From Candidatus Poribacteria bacterium (GTDB lineage Bacteria > Poribacteria > WGA-4E > GCA-2687025), in contig OY762492.1 in the NCBI GenBank assembly GCA_963665845.2, forward strand, positions 2,848,001 through 2,912,000: a stretch of 64,000 bases of DNA, read 5' to 3'. This document shows, in pieces, positions 8,029 through 17,072 of the stretch. The stretch's first letter is position 1, and each line of letters starts with the position of its first letter. The notes under the pieces are model-generated. The model made no database searches. It was not told where the DNA came from and saw only the letters and a program-made list of their open reading frames with translations. A program made the translations under genes and the position numbers.

Positions 8029-9903
8029 CTATTCAGGCGGCTCGGCGAGGAGATAGATGCGCCCGCTGTAGTCCGTATCGGCGGCGGCGAGGCTCCTGCC
8101 GTCCGGCGAAAACGCCAGCGACCGTATCGGCGCCCCCTCCGCCGAAAACGTCTGAACAACCTTGCCCGTCTCAACATCCCAAACTCGTATAACCTTCTCT
8201 TCGCCCGCTGACGCGAGCAGCTTGCTGTCAGGAGAAAAGGCGGCGGCGAATATCTTCCCCGCGCCGGCGACGAGCGTTTTCAGCGGCGCCTCTGTTTCAA
8301 CATCCCATAGATGAACTGCCCCGCCGCCCGCCCAGGCGAGCGTCTTGCCGTCCGGAGAATAGGCGGCGTCGTAAACGACCGCTTTTTTCTCTCCAAGCGT
8401 TTTTAAATGTTGACCCGTCTGCGCGTTCCATATTCGTACCGTCTTGTCCTGTCCGCCTGTGGCGAGCGTTTTTCCGTCCGGCGAATACGAAACGGCGTAC
8501 ACAAAACTGACATGCCCGCGCAGGGTGTTGAGCAGACCGCCTGAATTGACGTTCCAGATCCTCGCCGTGTCGTCCATTCCGACGGAGGCGAGACGCTTGC
8601 CGTCCGGCGAGAAGGCGACGTCCGCCACTTCGCCTTGATGCCCCACAAGCGGTCGAAGATACGCCTGCGTCTGCGCGTTCAAAAGCCAAACCCCCATGCT
8701 GCTTGCGACCGCCAGCGTCTTGCCGTCCGGCGAATAAGAGACGGCGCGCGGAGGGCTGGGCAGATCGTCCAGCTTCCAAAGATACGCCCCCGTCTGCGCG
8801 TCCCAAACGCAAACCGCCGGACCGCTTCCGCCCGTGGCGAGCGTTTTGCCGTCCGGCGAATAGGCAGCCGCGCGCAGCTCCTTGGACCGGTGACCATGAA
8901 GCGTTTGCAGATGCGCCCCCGTCTGGACATCCCAGACGCGGATTGTTCTGTCAAAGCAGGCGGACGCGAGGCGCTTGCTGTCCGGCGAATAGGCGATCGA
9001 CACCACATAACTTTCATGCCCCAACAAGGTTCGCAACGCGGCGCCTGTTTGGACGTCCCAGATGCGAACTGTTTGGTCGTCGCTGGCGGACGCGAGCGTT
9101 TTGCCGTCCGGCGCGTATTTGACATCGGTAACATAATGCGCGTGTCCGGTAAACGCGTTCAGATGCGCGCCGGTCTTCGCGTCCCAAAAGCGTATCGCGT
9201 TGTCTTCCGCCCCGCTGGCGAGCGTTGCGCTGTCGGGTGAAAAGTACACGGTTCGCACTTTCGCCGTATGTCCCAGGAGCGTATTGAGCGGGGCGCCTGT
9301 TTTGCCGTTCCAGAGGCGGACCGTGTTGTCGTCGGCGCCGGTGGCAATCATAGAGCCGTCGGGCGAATAGGCGATCGCGTAAATGTCGTCCGTATGCCCC
9401 GTGAGCGTTTGAAGATGAGCGCCGGTTTGAACGTTCCAGAGGCGTATCGTGTCGTCGTTACCTGCGCTCGCGAGCGTCTTGCCGTCAGGAGAAAAAACCA
9501 TGCGCCCGATCCATTCCGTATGCCCTTCAAGCGCCTTGAGAGCCGCGCCGGTCTGAACGTTCCATAGCCGAACCTTCATGTCCCGTCCGCCGCTGGCGAG
9601 CGTCTTGCTGTCCGGGGAAAAGGCGATGCCGTAGATAGAGCCTTCATGCCCCAAGAGCGTGTGAAGGAGGCCGCCCGTCTTAGCGTCCCAGAGGCGTACG
9701 GTGTGGTCCCAGCTGCCGGAGGCGATCGTCTTGCCGTCGGGAGAATAGGCAACCGCGACGATAAAGCGCGTATGCCCCGCGAGCGTTATGAACGGATGTT
9801 CAGGCGCGTTTTCCTGGGCGGGCGCGCTGTCCATCAAAAACAGCGTAACGAGCGGCAGGGCGAAGCGCAGAATGTTGGAACGGATACGGCTCTTTTGGGT
9901 CAT
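8029..9903 (-). CDS. Secreted WD40-repeat protein (~14 repeats, two propellers)
   Basis: Signal peptide then repeated GH....V..VAYSPDGKTLAS...D.TVRLWD. Confidence 0.95.
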   Translation of the reverse strand: MTQKSRIRSNILRFALPLVTLFLMDSAPAQENAPEHPFITLAGHTRFIVAVAYSPDGKTIASGSWDHTVRLWDAKTGGLLHTLLGHEGSIYGIAFSPDSKTLASGGRDMKVRLWNVQTGAALKALEGHTEWIGRMVFSPDGKTLASAGNDDTIRLWNVQTGAHLQTLTGHTDDIYAIAYSPDGSMIATGADDNTVRLWNGKTGAPLNTLLGHTAKVRTVYFSPDSATLASGAEDNAIRFWDAKTGAHLNAFTGHAHYVTDVKYAPDGKTLASASDDQTVRIWDVQTGAALRTLLGHESYVVSIAYSPDSKRLASACFDRTIRVWDVQTGAHLQTLHGHRSKELRAAAYSPDGKTLATGGSGPAVCVWDAQTGAYLWKLDDLPSPPRAVSYSPDGKTLAVASSMGVWLLNAQTQAYLRPLVGHQGEVADVAFSPDGKRLASVGMDDTARIWNVNSGGLLNTLRGHVSFVYAVSYSPDGKTLATGGQDKTVRIWNAQTGQHLKTLGEKKAVVYDAAYSPDGKTLAWAGGGAVHLWDVETEAPLKTLVAGAGKIFAAAFSPDSKLLASAGEEKVIRVWDVETGKVVQTFSAEGAPIRSLAFSPDGRSLAAADTDYSGRIYLLAEPPE

Positions 9904-9942
9904 GTTGACGACGCTTTTCTGGTTGAGGCTCTCTTAACAAAG

Positions 9943-9971
9943 AGTGTAAGCGGAAGGCAAAGCGCTGTCAA
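9943..9971 (-). promoter_or_regulatory. sigma70 promoter for the WD40 gene
   Basis: TTGACA-17 bp-TACACT. Confidence 0.6.
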
Positions 9972-9986
9972 GGATGTTGGGCGGCG

Positions 9987-10105
9987 GGCAGTCTCTATAG
10001 GCGATGATGTACGAAAATTCTGTTTGAGTCGAGCTGCTTGTCCCCCGCTTCTGCAAGGACATGCATTCTGCGATGCCCTAAGATTCCCGCTTGCGCGGGA
10101 ATGAC
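9987..10105. repeat. Orphan IS1-like terminal repeat plus dRS3-like hairpin
   Basis: GGCAGTCTCTATAGGCGATGAT (21/22 match to the IS1 IR at 52231) and ATTCCC-N8-GGGAAT at 10083-10102. Confidence 0.75.
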
Positions 10106-10241
10106 AGCGAGTTGCGCGAACGCTTTAGGTGTCAAAGAATGAATATCTCCGCATGAGCGTACCGCCCATTTACATGCGCTTTTATTTTTCAAGCAAAGGC
10201 GGTATCCTAGCGGGGCGTTATTCTCGTGAAAGGAGAGCCGC

Positions 10242-11030
10242 TTGAAAAAAGGCATTTGTATCGGGACAGTCCCTGGCGGATTGTCCGACGACGGATTCGC
10301 GCTCGCAAAAGAAGCGGGCTTTGACGGCATCGAGCTCGGAACCATGAACGACGGCGACACGCGCGCCCAAGCAGCCGCGCTCGCCAAGAAACATGCGCTC
10401 GCCGTCCCAAGCATCATGAACGCCGCTCACTGGGGACACCCGCTCTCGGACCCCGACCCCGATGTCCGCAAAGCGTCGGTGGAGGGCATGCTCGCCTCCT
10501 TTGCCTCGGCGGAAGCGACCGGCGCCGAGACGGTGCTGCTGGTGCCGGCGGTGGTGACCGATCAGGTGACCTATTCGGACGCTTGGATACGCTCGCAGGC
10601 GGAGATACTGGAGCTGCGCGCCGTCGCTGAAGAGAAACAGGTTGACATCGCCTTAGAAAACGTATGGAACCGCTTCCTGCTCAGCCCCTCCGAGTTTGCC
10701 CAGTATATCGACCAGTTCAACAGCCCGATGGTGACCGCCTATTTTGATGTCGGCAACATCGCGCTGTACGGCGTTCCGCACCACTGGATACGCGCCTTGG
10801 GCAGCCGCATCAGCAAGGTGCATGTGAAGGGGTTCGACACCGGCTCGCGCCAGTTCACCTCCACGCTTCTCGGCGGAAACCTGAACTGGAACGCGGCGAT
10901 GCAGGCGCTGGAGGAGATCGGCTACGACGGATGGGTCACCGCCGAGATGCCGCAGAACCGCGACGATCCGCGCGCCGGCATCTTCCATCTCAGCGAGGAG
11001 ATGGACGCCATTTTTGCTGGAGAGGTCTAA
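10242..11030 (+). CDS. Sugar phosphate isomerase/epimerase (xylose isomerase-like TIM barrel)
   Basis: AGFDGIE, ALENVWNRFLLSP, YFDVGN, VHVK, GYDGWVTAE; AAGGAG RBS, TTG start. Confidence 0.88.
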   Translation: MKKGICIGTVPGGLSDDGFALAKEAGFDGIELGTMNDGDTRAQAAALAKKHALAVPSIMNAAHWGHPLSDPDPDVRKASVEGMLASFASAEATGAETVLLVPAVVTDQVTYSDAWIRSQAEILELRAVAEEKQVDIALENVWNRFLLSPSEFAQYIDQFNSPMVTAYFDVGNIALYGVPHHWIRALGSRISKVHVKGFDTGSRQFTSTLLGGNLNWNAAMQALEEIGYDGWVTAEMPQNRDDPRAGIFHLSEEMDAIFAGEV

Positions 11031-13389
11031 GTTTCAACGCCGCCCGATGATCCCGCTGGCGGCGGCGTTCACAGCGGGAGTTGTCGGCGGCTATTACTCG
11101 CTCCATTCGGCGCTGGCTTTCGGCGGGGTTGCGGTTGCCGCGCTGGCGTCATGGCATGCGCGCGACTGGAAAATTGGCGCCTATGCGCTTCTTGCGTTCG
11201 TCGGCTGGGCGCGCTGGCACGCGCATATCGATACCCCCATTCGCGCGCTTGAAGACCGCCAGCCTGTCCAAGCGGAGGGGTATGTCGTTGAGCGGGCGGA
11301 ACGCGCCTTCGGCGTGGAGCTGACGGTTGTCGGGAAGGTTCTGCCGTCTGGGGAGCGCGGACGGCTGCTGCTGCGCTGTCCGGCGGAATTGCCGGCGGAG
11401 TTTTCCGCCGGCGCGATGGTCTCTGCGGGCGGAGAATTGCGCCAACCGACCCTGATGCGCAACCCGAACGGGTTCAACCAGGAGCTGTTTTTCAACGCGA
11501 AAGGAATCGCCGCCGCCGTTCGGATTCGCAAGCTGTCCGACATTGAGCGAGTCGGCGTCGGCGGTCCGTTCTGGATGCGCTCGGCGTACCGCATTCGACA
11601 GGCGTTGCTCGCGCGTTTTTCCACCGCCCTAAGTCCGCCGAACGACGCCCTCCTGGCAGGCATTCTGATTGGGGAGCGGCGCGCCATTCCCGAAGAGATA
11701 CTGGAAGCGTTCCGCGATGGCGGCGTCATCCATGTACTGGTCGTCTCCGGCGCCAATTTTGCGCTCATCGTCTCCATCGCATATATGCTCTTGCGGGCGT
11801 TGGGCGCGCCGATGCGCGCGGTATACGCCGCCTCGCTGTTTCTATGCTGGGCGTTCGCTTTCTTTGTCGGCTTTCATCCGTCCGTCGCGCGGGCGGGGAC
11901 GCTCATCGCGCTTTTCATGCTGGGGCGGCTGCTGAATCGGGAAGCGGACCTGATGAACCTGCTGGCGGCAAGCGCGCTCGCGCTGCTCATCTACCGCCCC
12001 GCCAATATGTTCGACATCGGCTTTCAGCTCTCCTTCGCCGCCACCTTCGCCATCGTCTTTTTTGTGCCGAAATGGAACGACGGGCTTGAGCAAACGCGCC
12101 TCCGCCTCTTGAAACTGCCCGGCGGAAAGCTGCTGTGGACATGGGGCGTTCAAACGGCGCTCGTTTCATCCGCGGCAAATATCGCGACGATGCCGATCAT
12201 CGGCTTTCATTTTCAAAAGATATATCTGGCGGGCTTCGCGGCAAACCTGGTTGTGATCGCGATGATCGCGCTCATCACCGCGTCCGGCCTCATCACCGCC
12301 GCGGCGTCGTTGATATGGACGCCGCTCGGACGCTTTTACGGCGGCGCGACGGAGCTGGGATTCGATCTGCTGCTGCCGATGGTGCGCGCCTTTTCGGAGC
12401 TGCCTTACGCCGTGATGAACGCGCCTCGAACATGGGCGGGATACTATTTCGTCGGCATGTTTCTTCTTTTGTCGATCACATACGCCCGCTATGTTCAGGC
12501 GCGTCTGCGGGAGTGGACGCTGCTCGCGGGCGCGTGCGTCCTGCTTTGGATGCAAAGCCAAACCGCCGGCGCGCCGAACGGTCTGCTTGAAACGACTTTT
12601 TTAGATGTCGGGCAGGGAGACGCCGCCTTCGTTCAGCTGCCCGACAACACGCGCATTCTGATCGACGCCGGTTCCGCCTCCGAGTTCTGGGACAACGGCG
12701 AGCGGGTCGTCGTTCCGTATCTGTTGAGCCGCGGAATCGACCGCCTCAACACGGCGCTCATCACCCATTCCGACATTGACCATGCGGGCGGCATCCCGTA
12801 TGCGGTACGCAACCTGCGGATCGACACGATTCTGGGCGCGCCGCCGGGGAAAAGCGGACTGATAGAAGAAGCGGCGCGGGAGAGAGGAAGCCGCGTACGC
12901 TACGGCGCAGGAGAAACGATCGCAGAAGGCATAGCGCGCGGAAAGCCGTTTAGCGTCAAGACGCTTTATCCGCGCACGGAGGCGGAGGTGGACCTTGAGG
13001 ACTCAAACCATAACGCAGATTCGTTTGTCGTCATGCTGGAGTACGGCGATTGCCGAATTCTGATGACCGGCGACATTGACGCGCAGACCGAGGAGGAGCT
13101 GACAAGACGCCATCATCGCGGCGAGATCGACCTGTCGGCGGATATACTGAAGACGCCGCACCATGGCAGCAAGTCGTCCAGCGGGGAGCCGTTTTTGCGC
13201 GCCGTGTCGCCGCGCGCCGCGGTCATTTCCGCCGGACGCGGAAATATCTACGGACATCCGCATCCGTCCGTTTTAGAACGGCACGCGGCGTTAGGCATTC
13301 AAACCTACCGAACCGACCTGTCAGGCGCGATCCGAATCCTCTCGGACGGACGGCGCATATGGATCCAGCCGACAATACGCCAACCTTAG
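11014..13389 (+). CDS. comEC: DNA internalization competence protein ComEC/Rec2
   Basis: RNPNGF, GVIHVLVVSGAN, GFQLSF, FLDVGQGD, THSDIDHAGG, HHGS, YGHP; alternative start 11047. Confidence 0.93.
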   Translation: MLERSKFQRRPMIPLAAAFTAGVVGGYYSLHSALAFGGVAVAALASWHARDWKIGAYALLAFVGWARWHAHIDTPIRALEDRQPVQAEGYVVERAERAFGVELTVVGKVLPSGERGRLLLRCPAELPAEFSAGAMVSAGGELRQPTLMRNPNGFNQELFFNAKGIAAAVRIRKLSDIERVGVGGPFWMRSAYRIRQALLARFSTALSPPNDALLAGILIGERRAIPEEILEAFRDGGVIHVLVVSGANFALIVSIAYMLLRALGAPMRAVYAASLFLCWAFAFFVGFHPSVARAGTLIALFMLGRLLNREADLMNLLAASALALLIYRPANMFDIGFQLSFAATFAIVFFVPKWNDGLEQTRLRLLKLPGGKLLWTWGVQTALVSSAANIATMPIIGFHFQKIYLAGFAANLVVIAMIALITASGLITAAASLIWTPLGRFYGGATELGFDLLLPMVRAFSELPYAVMNAPRTWAGYYFVGMFLLLSITYARYVQARLREWTLLAGACVLLWMQSQTAGAPNGLLETTFLDVGQGDAAFVQLPDNTRILIDAGSASEFWDNGERVVVPYLLSRGIDRLNTALITHSDIDHAGGIPYAVRNLRIDTILGAPPGKSGLIEEAARERGSRVRYGAGETIAEGIARGKPFSVKTLYPRTEAEVDLEDSNHNADSFVVMLEYGDCRILMTGDIDAQTEEELTRRHHRGEIDLSADILKTPHHGSKSSSGEPFLRAVSPRAAVISAGRGNIYGHPHPSVLERHAALGIQTYRTDLSGAIRILSDGRRIWIQPTIRQP

Positions 13390-14144
13390 CGGCGTTTCAA
13401 ACGCGCCCAGGTCGAGGCGGCTTTGCCTTTAGGCGAGACGGAAAGCCCGCTGTTTGCCATATTCTCCTCAAGATCGCCCAGCGTCAGCGCGCGGTTGTAG
13501 ATGGCGATCTCGTCCATGCGCCCCATCATGCTGGTCAACCCTGTCTGCCCCTGCCCGATTCGGTAGGGTACCTCAATGCTGTCCAGCGGCGCGGCGACCG
13601 CAACTTCCGCATCCACCCCGTTGTTGATATACTGCCGCGCCTTCGCCCCGTCATAGACCGCCGCGATGTAATGCCATTTATTCAACGGCGGGGAAATATC
13701 CTGCCGGTCCCGTGTGCCGTTCCATCCGCCTTTATGCCACCACGTTTCAATCTGCGGCCTCCCTGTGAACTGGGAGCTCCACTGCATGGCGTGTCCGCCT
13801 TGGTTGCCGGCGTTGCGCCTTCCCATGATGGAGGAATCGCCCTGGTCCTGAGTCGGATAAATCCAGACGGTGATCGTGAGCTCCTCGGTCAGATCCAGTA
13901 TCGGCGTCGGGTCAATGAGTATGTGATCGCCGGGCGCATCGAATATGACGCATCCGCCGTTTTGGCCGTCTTTTGACCAGCCGACGCCGTTCAGAGTACC
14001 GACCAGTTCGCTTTCGCTCAAGTCGTTAGCCGTGTCGCCGGCGCCTTCATCGAACGGAAAATAGAGAACCAGCCCGTCCTCCTGTATCGCCTGCGCTGTC
14101 CACGCGGTCATGACAAGCGCGGCTAAAATCGTGATCCGTTTCAT
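13386..14144 (-). CDS. Secreted LamG/concanavalin A-like domain protein
   Basis: Signal peptide, LVLYFPFDEG.G, WHYIAAVYDG, G.MDEIAIYNRAL, C-terminal SVSPKGKAASTWARLK. Confidence 0.9.
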   Translation of the reverse strand: MKRITILAALVMTAWTAQAIQEDGLVLYFPFDEGAGDTANDLSESELVGTLNGVGWSKDGQNGGCVIFDAPGDHILIDPTPILDLTEELTITVWIYPTQDQGDSSIMGRRNAGNQGGHAMQWSSQFTGRPQIETWWHKGGWNGTRDRQDISPPLNKWHYIAAVYDGAKARQYINNGVDAEVAVAAPLDSIEVPYRIGQGQTGLTSMMGRMDEIAIYNRALTLGDLEENMANSGLSVSPKGKAASTWARLKRR

Positions 14145-14211
14145 GTTGCCTCCTCTTTTAATCGAGCCTCACTTCTTTCCCTGTTTCAGACGACTGTTCC
14201 ACCGCAAGCAG
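14042..14211. repeat. 170-bp direct repeat, left copy (attL-like)
   Basis: Matches 16903-17072 (offset 2861) with 8 substitutions. Confidence 0.95.
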
Positions 14212-14457
14212 CGAACCAAGTCGGCGCAAATGTAAACGGTCAAAACAGACTCCCATGCGCGCCTCTATTTTAACCCGATCGGCGCGTTGATGTAACCCGA
14301 CCTCCTGACCCTTCGCCTGCGCCGGACAGCATGAACAATGATACAGCCTAGACCCCTCCCGTCGCCATTGCGGTTAATGCGCCAGCGGATCACTGTTAAG
14401 ACACGATACAGAAGCGGAGGAATTGGAGGCGGAGTTCGTTGCGCTATGAAAAAGTTG

Positions 14458-14486
14458 TTGCCGCGCCAAAGAATCTCCGCTATAAT
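14458..14486 (+). promoter_or_regulatory. sigma70 promoter driving the island cassettes
   Basis: TTGCCG-17 bp-TATAAT, followed by a leader hairpin GTTCAG-GTCGGGAC-G-GTCTCGAT-TG-CTGAAC. Confidence 0.6.
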
Positions 14487-14552
14487 CAATGGGAGAGTTC
14501 AGGTCGGGACGGTCTCGATTGCTGAACGCCGAACACCGTGAAAGGAGCAAAC

Positions 14553-14657
14553 ATGAAACGATACACAATTGCTGCAGCGGCAGCGCCCTTGATGGCGTTC
14601 ACGCCTATGGCGGACGCGCATCAAATGCTTCTGGAAAGGAGCCCTCATGTCTTTTGA
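14553..14657 (+). CDS. 34-aa signal-peptide-like ORF (cassette remnant)
   Basis: GAAAGGAG RBS; MKRYTIAAAAAPLMAFTPMADAHQ...; header nearly identical to that of the 15515 gene. Confidence 0.4.
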   Translation: MKRYTIAAAAAPLMAFTPMADAHQMLLERSPHVF

Positions 14658-15450
14658 CGCTTTGAATGAAAAGCACGCAGATCAGCCCTACCTGTGGGCG
14701 AAGGAAGTGCTTGGAGTGGAATTATACTCTGTCCAAAAGCGCCTGCTGGAGGAACTTCAATCTCCACAAGATGAACCCGTCAGGATGGCGATCAGAGGTG
14801 GGGTTGCCACAGGCAAAACCTTCTTAGGAGCGGTGGCTGCCCTACACCACTTCTTCACGCGACCTGGGTCGCTGGTCATCTGCTCGTCTCCTGGTCAGTT
14901 ACCAAGTAGCCAACCGCTGTTCGGTGAAATCAGGTCACTTCTTGAAAGGTCTCCCGTGCGGGCGTTTGAACAAGTCCGAGTTCGGCACGATGAAATTCGA
15001 ATGTTGGATGCAGATGGTGAGGAGTATGCAGATGGTGAGGAGTACCCTGAGTGGAAAATTCAGGCGATCCTTGCGGAACGTTTCCATGCCTTTGAAGGCA
15101 TACTCTCTGATGGCGGGACTTTCGTGATCTTGGATAACGCGGCTGAAATCAAAAACCGCACCTTCAAAACCTTACTCTCCCAAGGACATGCGGTCGAGAA
15201 GGTGATGCTTATTTCCGCTCCTTATAGCAGTGATGGCTTTTTCTTCAACGCCGCTCAAGGAGAGAAAGGTTTCCGCCCCCACAAGATCAGCGCGTTTGAC
15301 ACCCCTGCGTTTACGGAGGAGTCCTGGGCGCCTCCAGGTCTTGTCAGTAAGGCATGGGTTTCATCTATGGAAAATGAGCACGGCAAGGAAAGTGCTTTCT
15401 ACACCGGGATGGTGGAAGGGGAATTTCAAGAGGACGACAGGGAGACCTGA
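14647..15450 (+). CDS. Phage terminase large subunit-like ATPase domain only
   Basis: P..WAKEVLGVELY..Q, Walker A GGVATGKT, Walker B-like FVILDNA, ISAP....GFF, ISAFDTP.F, PGLVS..W....G.ES..Y...VEGEF; no RNase H nuclease domain. Confidence 0.75.
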   Translation: MSFDALNEKHADQPYLWAKEVLGVELYSVQKRLLEELQSPQDEPVRMAIRGGVATGKTFLGAVAALHHFFTRPGSLVICSSPGQLPSSQPLFGEIRSLLERSPVRAFEQVRVRHDEIRMLDADGEEYADGEEYPEWKIQAILAERFHAFEGILSDGGTFVILDNAAEIKNRTFKTLLSQGHAVEKVMLISAPYSSDGFFFNAAQGEKGFRPHKISAFDTPAFTEESWAPPGLVSKAWVSSMENEHGKESAFYTGMVEGEFQEDDRET

Positions 15451-15514
15451 AATCTTTTCAGATAGGGCGGGCTACGGCTCGCCCTTCTTCAAACGCTCTA
15501 TGAAAGGAGCGAAC

Positions 15515-16039
15515 ATGAAACGATACGTAATTGCTGCAACTGCAGCGTTCATCCTGGCAGGGATTTGCGGTGTCGTAAACGCTGCGCCCAAAGACGACCT
15601 GGCAGCTAAGAAAATAAAACTGGCGGCTATGTCGGAAGGTATTTTAACGCCCCAGTATAACGAAAAATCGCCGAGAACGGCTTTTCTGCTTTCAGTGGCG
15701 CTGCCTGGCGGCGGTCAGTTTTATAATGGAGAGGCGGGCAAAGGGGCGGCTTTTCTTCTGACCTCTGCCGCTGGTTTTCTTGCATTCGTCTATCCTGAAG
15801 AAGTCCTAGACTTGTTTACAGACGAAGAATATTCCCGCTGGAGCAGTGATGACGATATCAGGTTCATCAAAATTATGGGGGCAATTACCTGGGCAGGATA
15901 CGCGATCTGGTCTGTAATAGATGCTCCAATCCAAGCGAGTAAGATCACCGCGCGGAACAAGCACCGCCATGAAATCAACGCCTTTCTATCGACGCCAAAA
16001 AATCCAAAATTTGGCGTCCTGATTTCAACGCGATTTTGA
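15515..16039 (+). CDS. Exported membrane protein (TM2/DUF5683-like)
   Basis: Signal peptide, KSPRTAFLLSVALPGGGQFYNG motif, WSVIDA; start at 15515 with GAAAGGAG RBS. Confidence 0.7.
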   Translation: MKRYVIAATAAFILAGICGVVNAAPKDDLAAKKIKLAAMSEGILTPQYNEKSPRTAFLLSVALPGGGQFYNGEAGKGAAFLLTSAAGFLAFVYPEEVLDLFTDEEYSRWSSDDDIRFIKIMGAITWAGYAIWSVIDAPIQASKITARNKHRHEINAFLSTPKNPKFGVLISTRF

Positions 16040-16093
16040 GAGATAACCGCGGGAGGAGAAAATCCTCCCGCCGCACTAACGAAAGGAAGAAAA

Positions 16094-16870
16094 ATGAAAA
16101 AAATCATCGTTGCTGCAGCGGCAGCGCTCATCACTTTATCAGGCTGTTCGTCAGCAACGAATATGGTGGAAATGACCATGGAGGACAGGGTTCTGTTTGC
16201 TCCTGAGTTGTACGAGGTATGGCAAGATGCGCTCTTGGCGTTGGAGGAGCGGTACCAAGAGCAGGAAGGCGCGTCCAAGAAACTTCAGGCTGCTTTGTCG
16301 GAAGATACTTGGGATCTTTTATCTCTCGCTTTTGAGACAGTCCAAGACGCGAAAGATCCTTCCTCCCGCCAACTGGCTACTGAAACTCTCGAAATTGCCA
16401 AAAGAGCTGCAGAAGATGAGGCGCCGTTGGAATTGGGTGTATTCTGGGCGGCATACTCTAAAACTGTCGATGCGAACAAAATAGTTGAGAGGGAATTGAT
16501 GACGTTTTATGCTGGCACCGCAGGAGCGGAGAAGGGCGTTACGGCGTTAAAAAGTCTGCAATCTAAAAATCCGGGAGCTTTTGACAAATTCCAAACAGCG
16601 AGGAAGTATCTCTTTGAAATCGCCCGTAAAGAATGGGACGATCTCGAATTGAGCCGCGCCAGATATGTGAATATTCTCAATGGATCTGCGCCCAAGGGAG
16701 CTTCCGTGAGTCAGGCGAAGGAGAAATACAGCGCCGCCAAGGATGCTCTGGCAAAAGTGGCCCCTCAGGAATGGTCCGAATATATTGCAGCAACGATGGA
16801 GATCCGCAGGCTACATCCTGAAGTTTGGCATGACTACGTAGACGCCAAGGCTCGCGTGTACGTGAGGTAA
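16094..16870 (+). CDS. Hypothetical alpha-helical lipoprotein
   Basis: MKKIIVAAAAALITLSGC lipobox; GAAAGGA RBS. Confidence 0.7.
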   Translation: MKKIIVAAAAALITLSGCSSATNMVEMTMEDRVLFAPELYEVWQDALLALEERYQEQEGASKKLQAALSEDTWDLLSLAFETVQDAKDPSSRQLATETLEIAKRAAEDEAPLELGVFWAAYSKTVDANKIVERELMTFYAGTAGAEKGVTALKSLQSKNPGAFDKFQTARKYLFEIARKEWDDLELSRARYVNILNGSAPKGASVSQAKEKYSAAKDALAKVAPQEWSEYIAATMEIRRLHPEVWHDYVDAKARVYVR

Positions 16871-16902
16871 TGCGTCGCGCAATCAGGGGGCGGGATTCTG
16901 AT

Positions 16903-17072
16903 CGCCTTCATCGAATGGGAAGTAGAGAACCAGCCCGTCCTCCTGTATCGCCTGCGCTGTCCACGCGGTCATGACAAGCGCGGCTAAGATCGTGATCCGT
17001 TTCATGTTGCCTCCTCTTTTAATCGAGCCTCACTTCTTTCCCGGTTTCAGACGATTGTTCAACCGCCAGCAG
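16903..17072. repeat. 170-bp direct repeat, right copy (attR-like)
   Basis: Matches 14042-14211; holds the intact 3' end of the oxidoreductase and a truncated LamG 5' end. Confidence 0.95.

Larger units (their letters stand above)
14212..16902. mobile_element. Phage-derived mini-island / prophage remnant with no integrase
   Basis: Bounded by 170-bp direct repeats, visibly more AT-rich than the flanks, genes on the opposite strand to host flanks, encodes a terminase-like domain. Confidence 0.75.

Noticed and set aside
14042-17072. Diversity-generating retroelement template/variable repeat pair
   Set aside because: Mismatches are not adenine-specific, all are synonymous, and no reverse transcriptase is in the window
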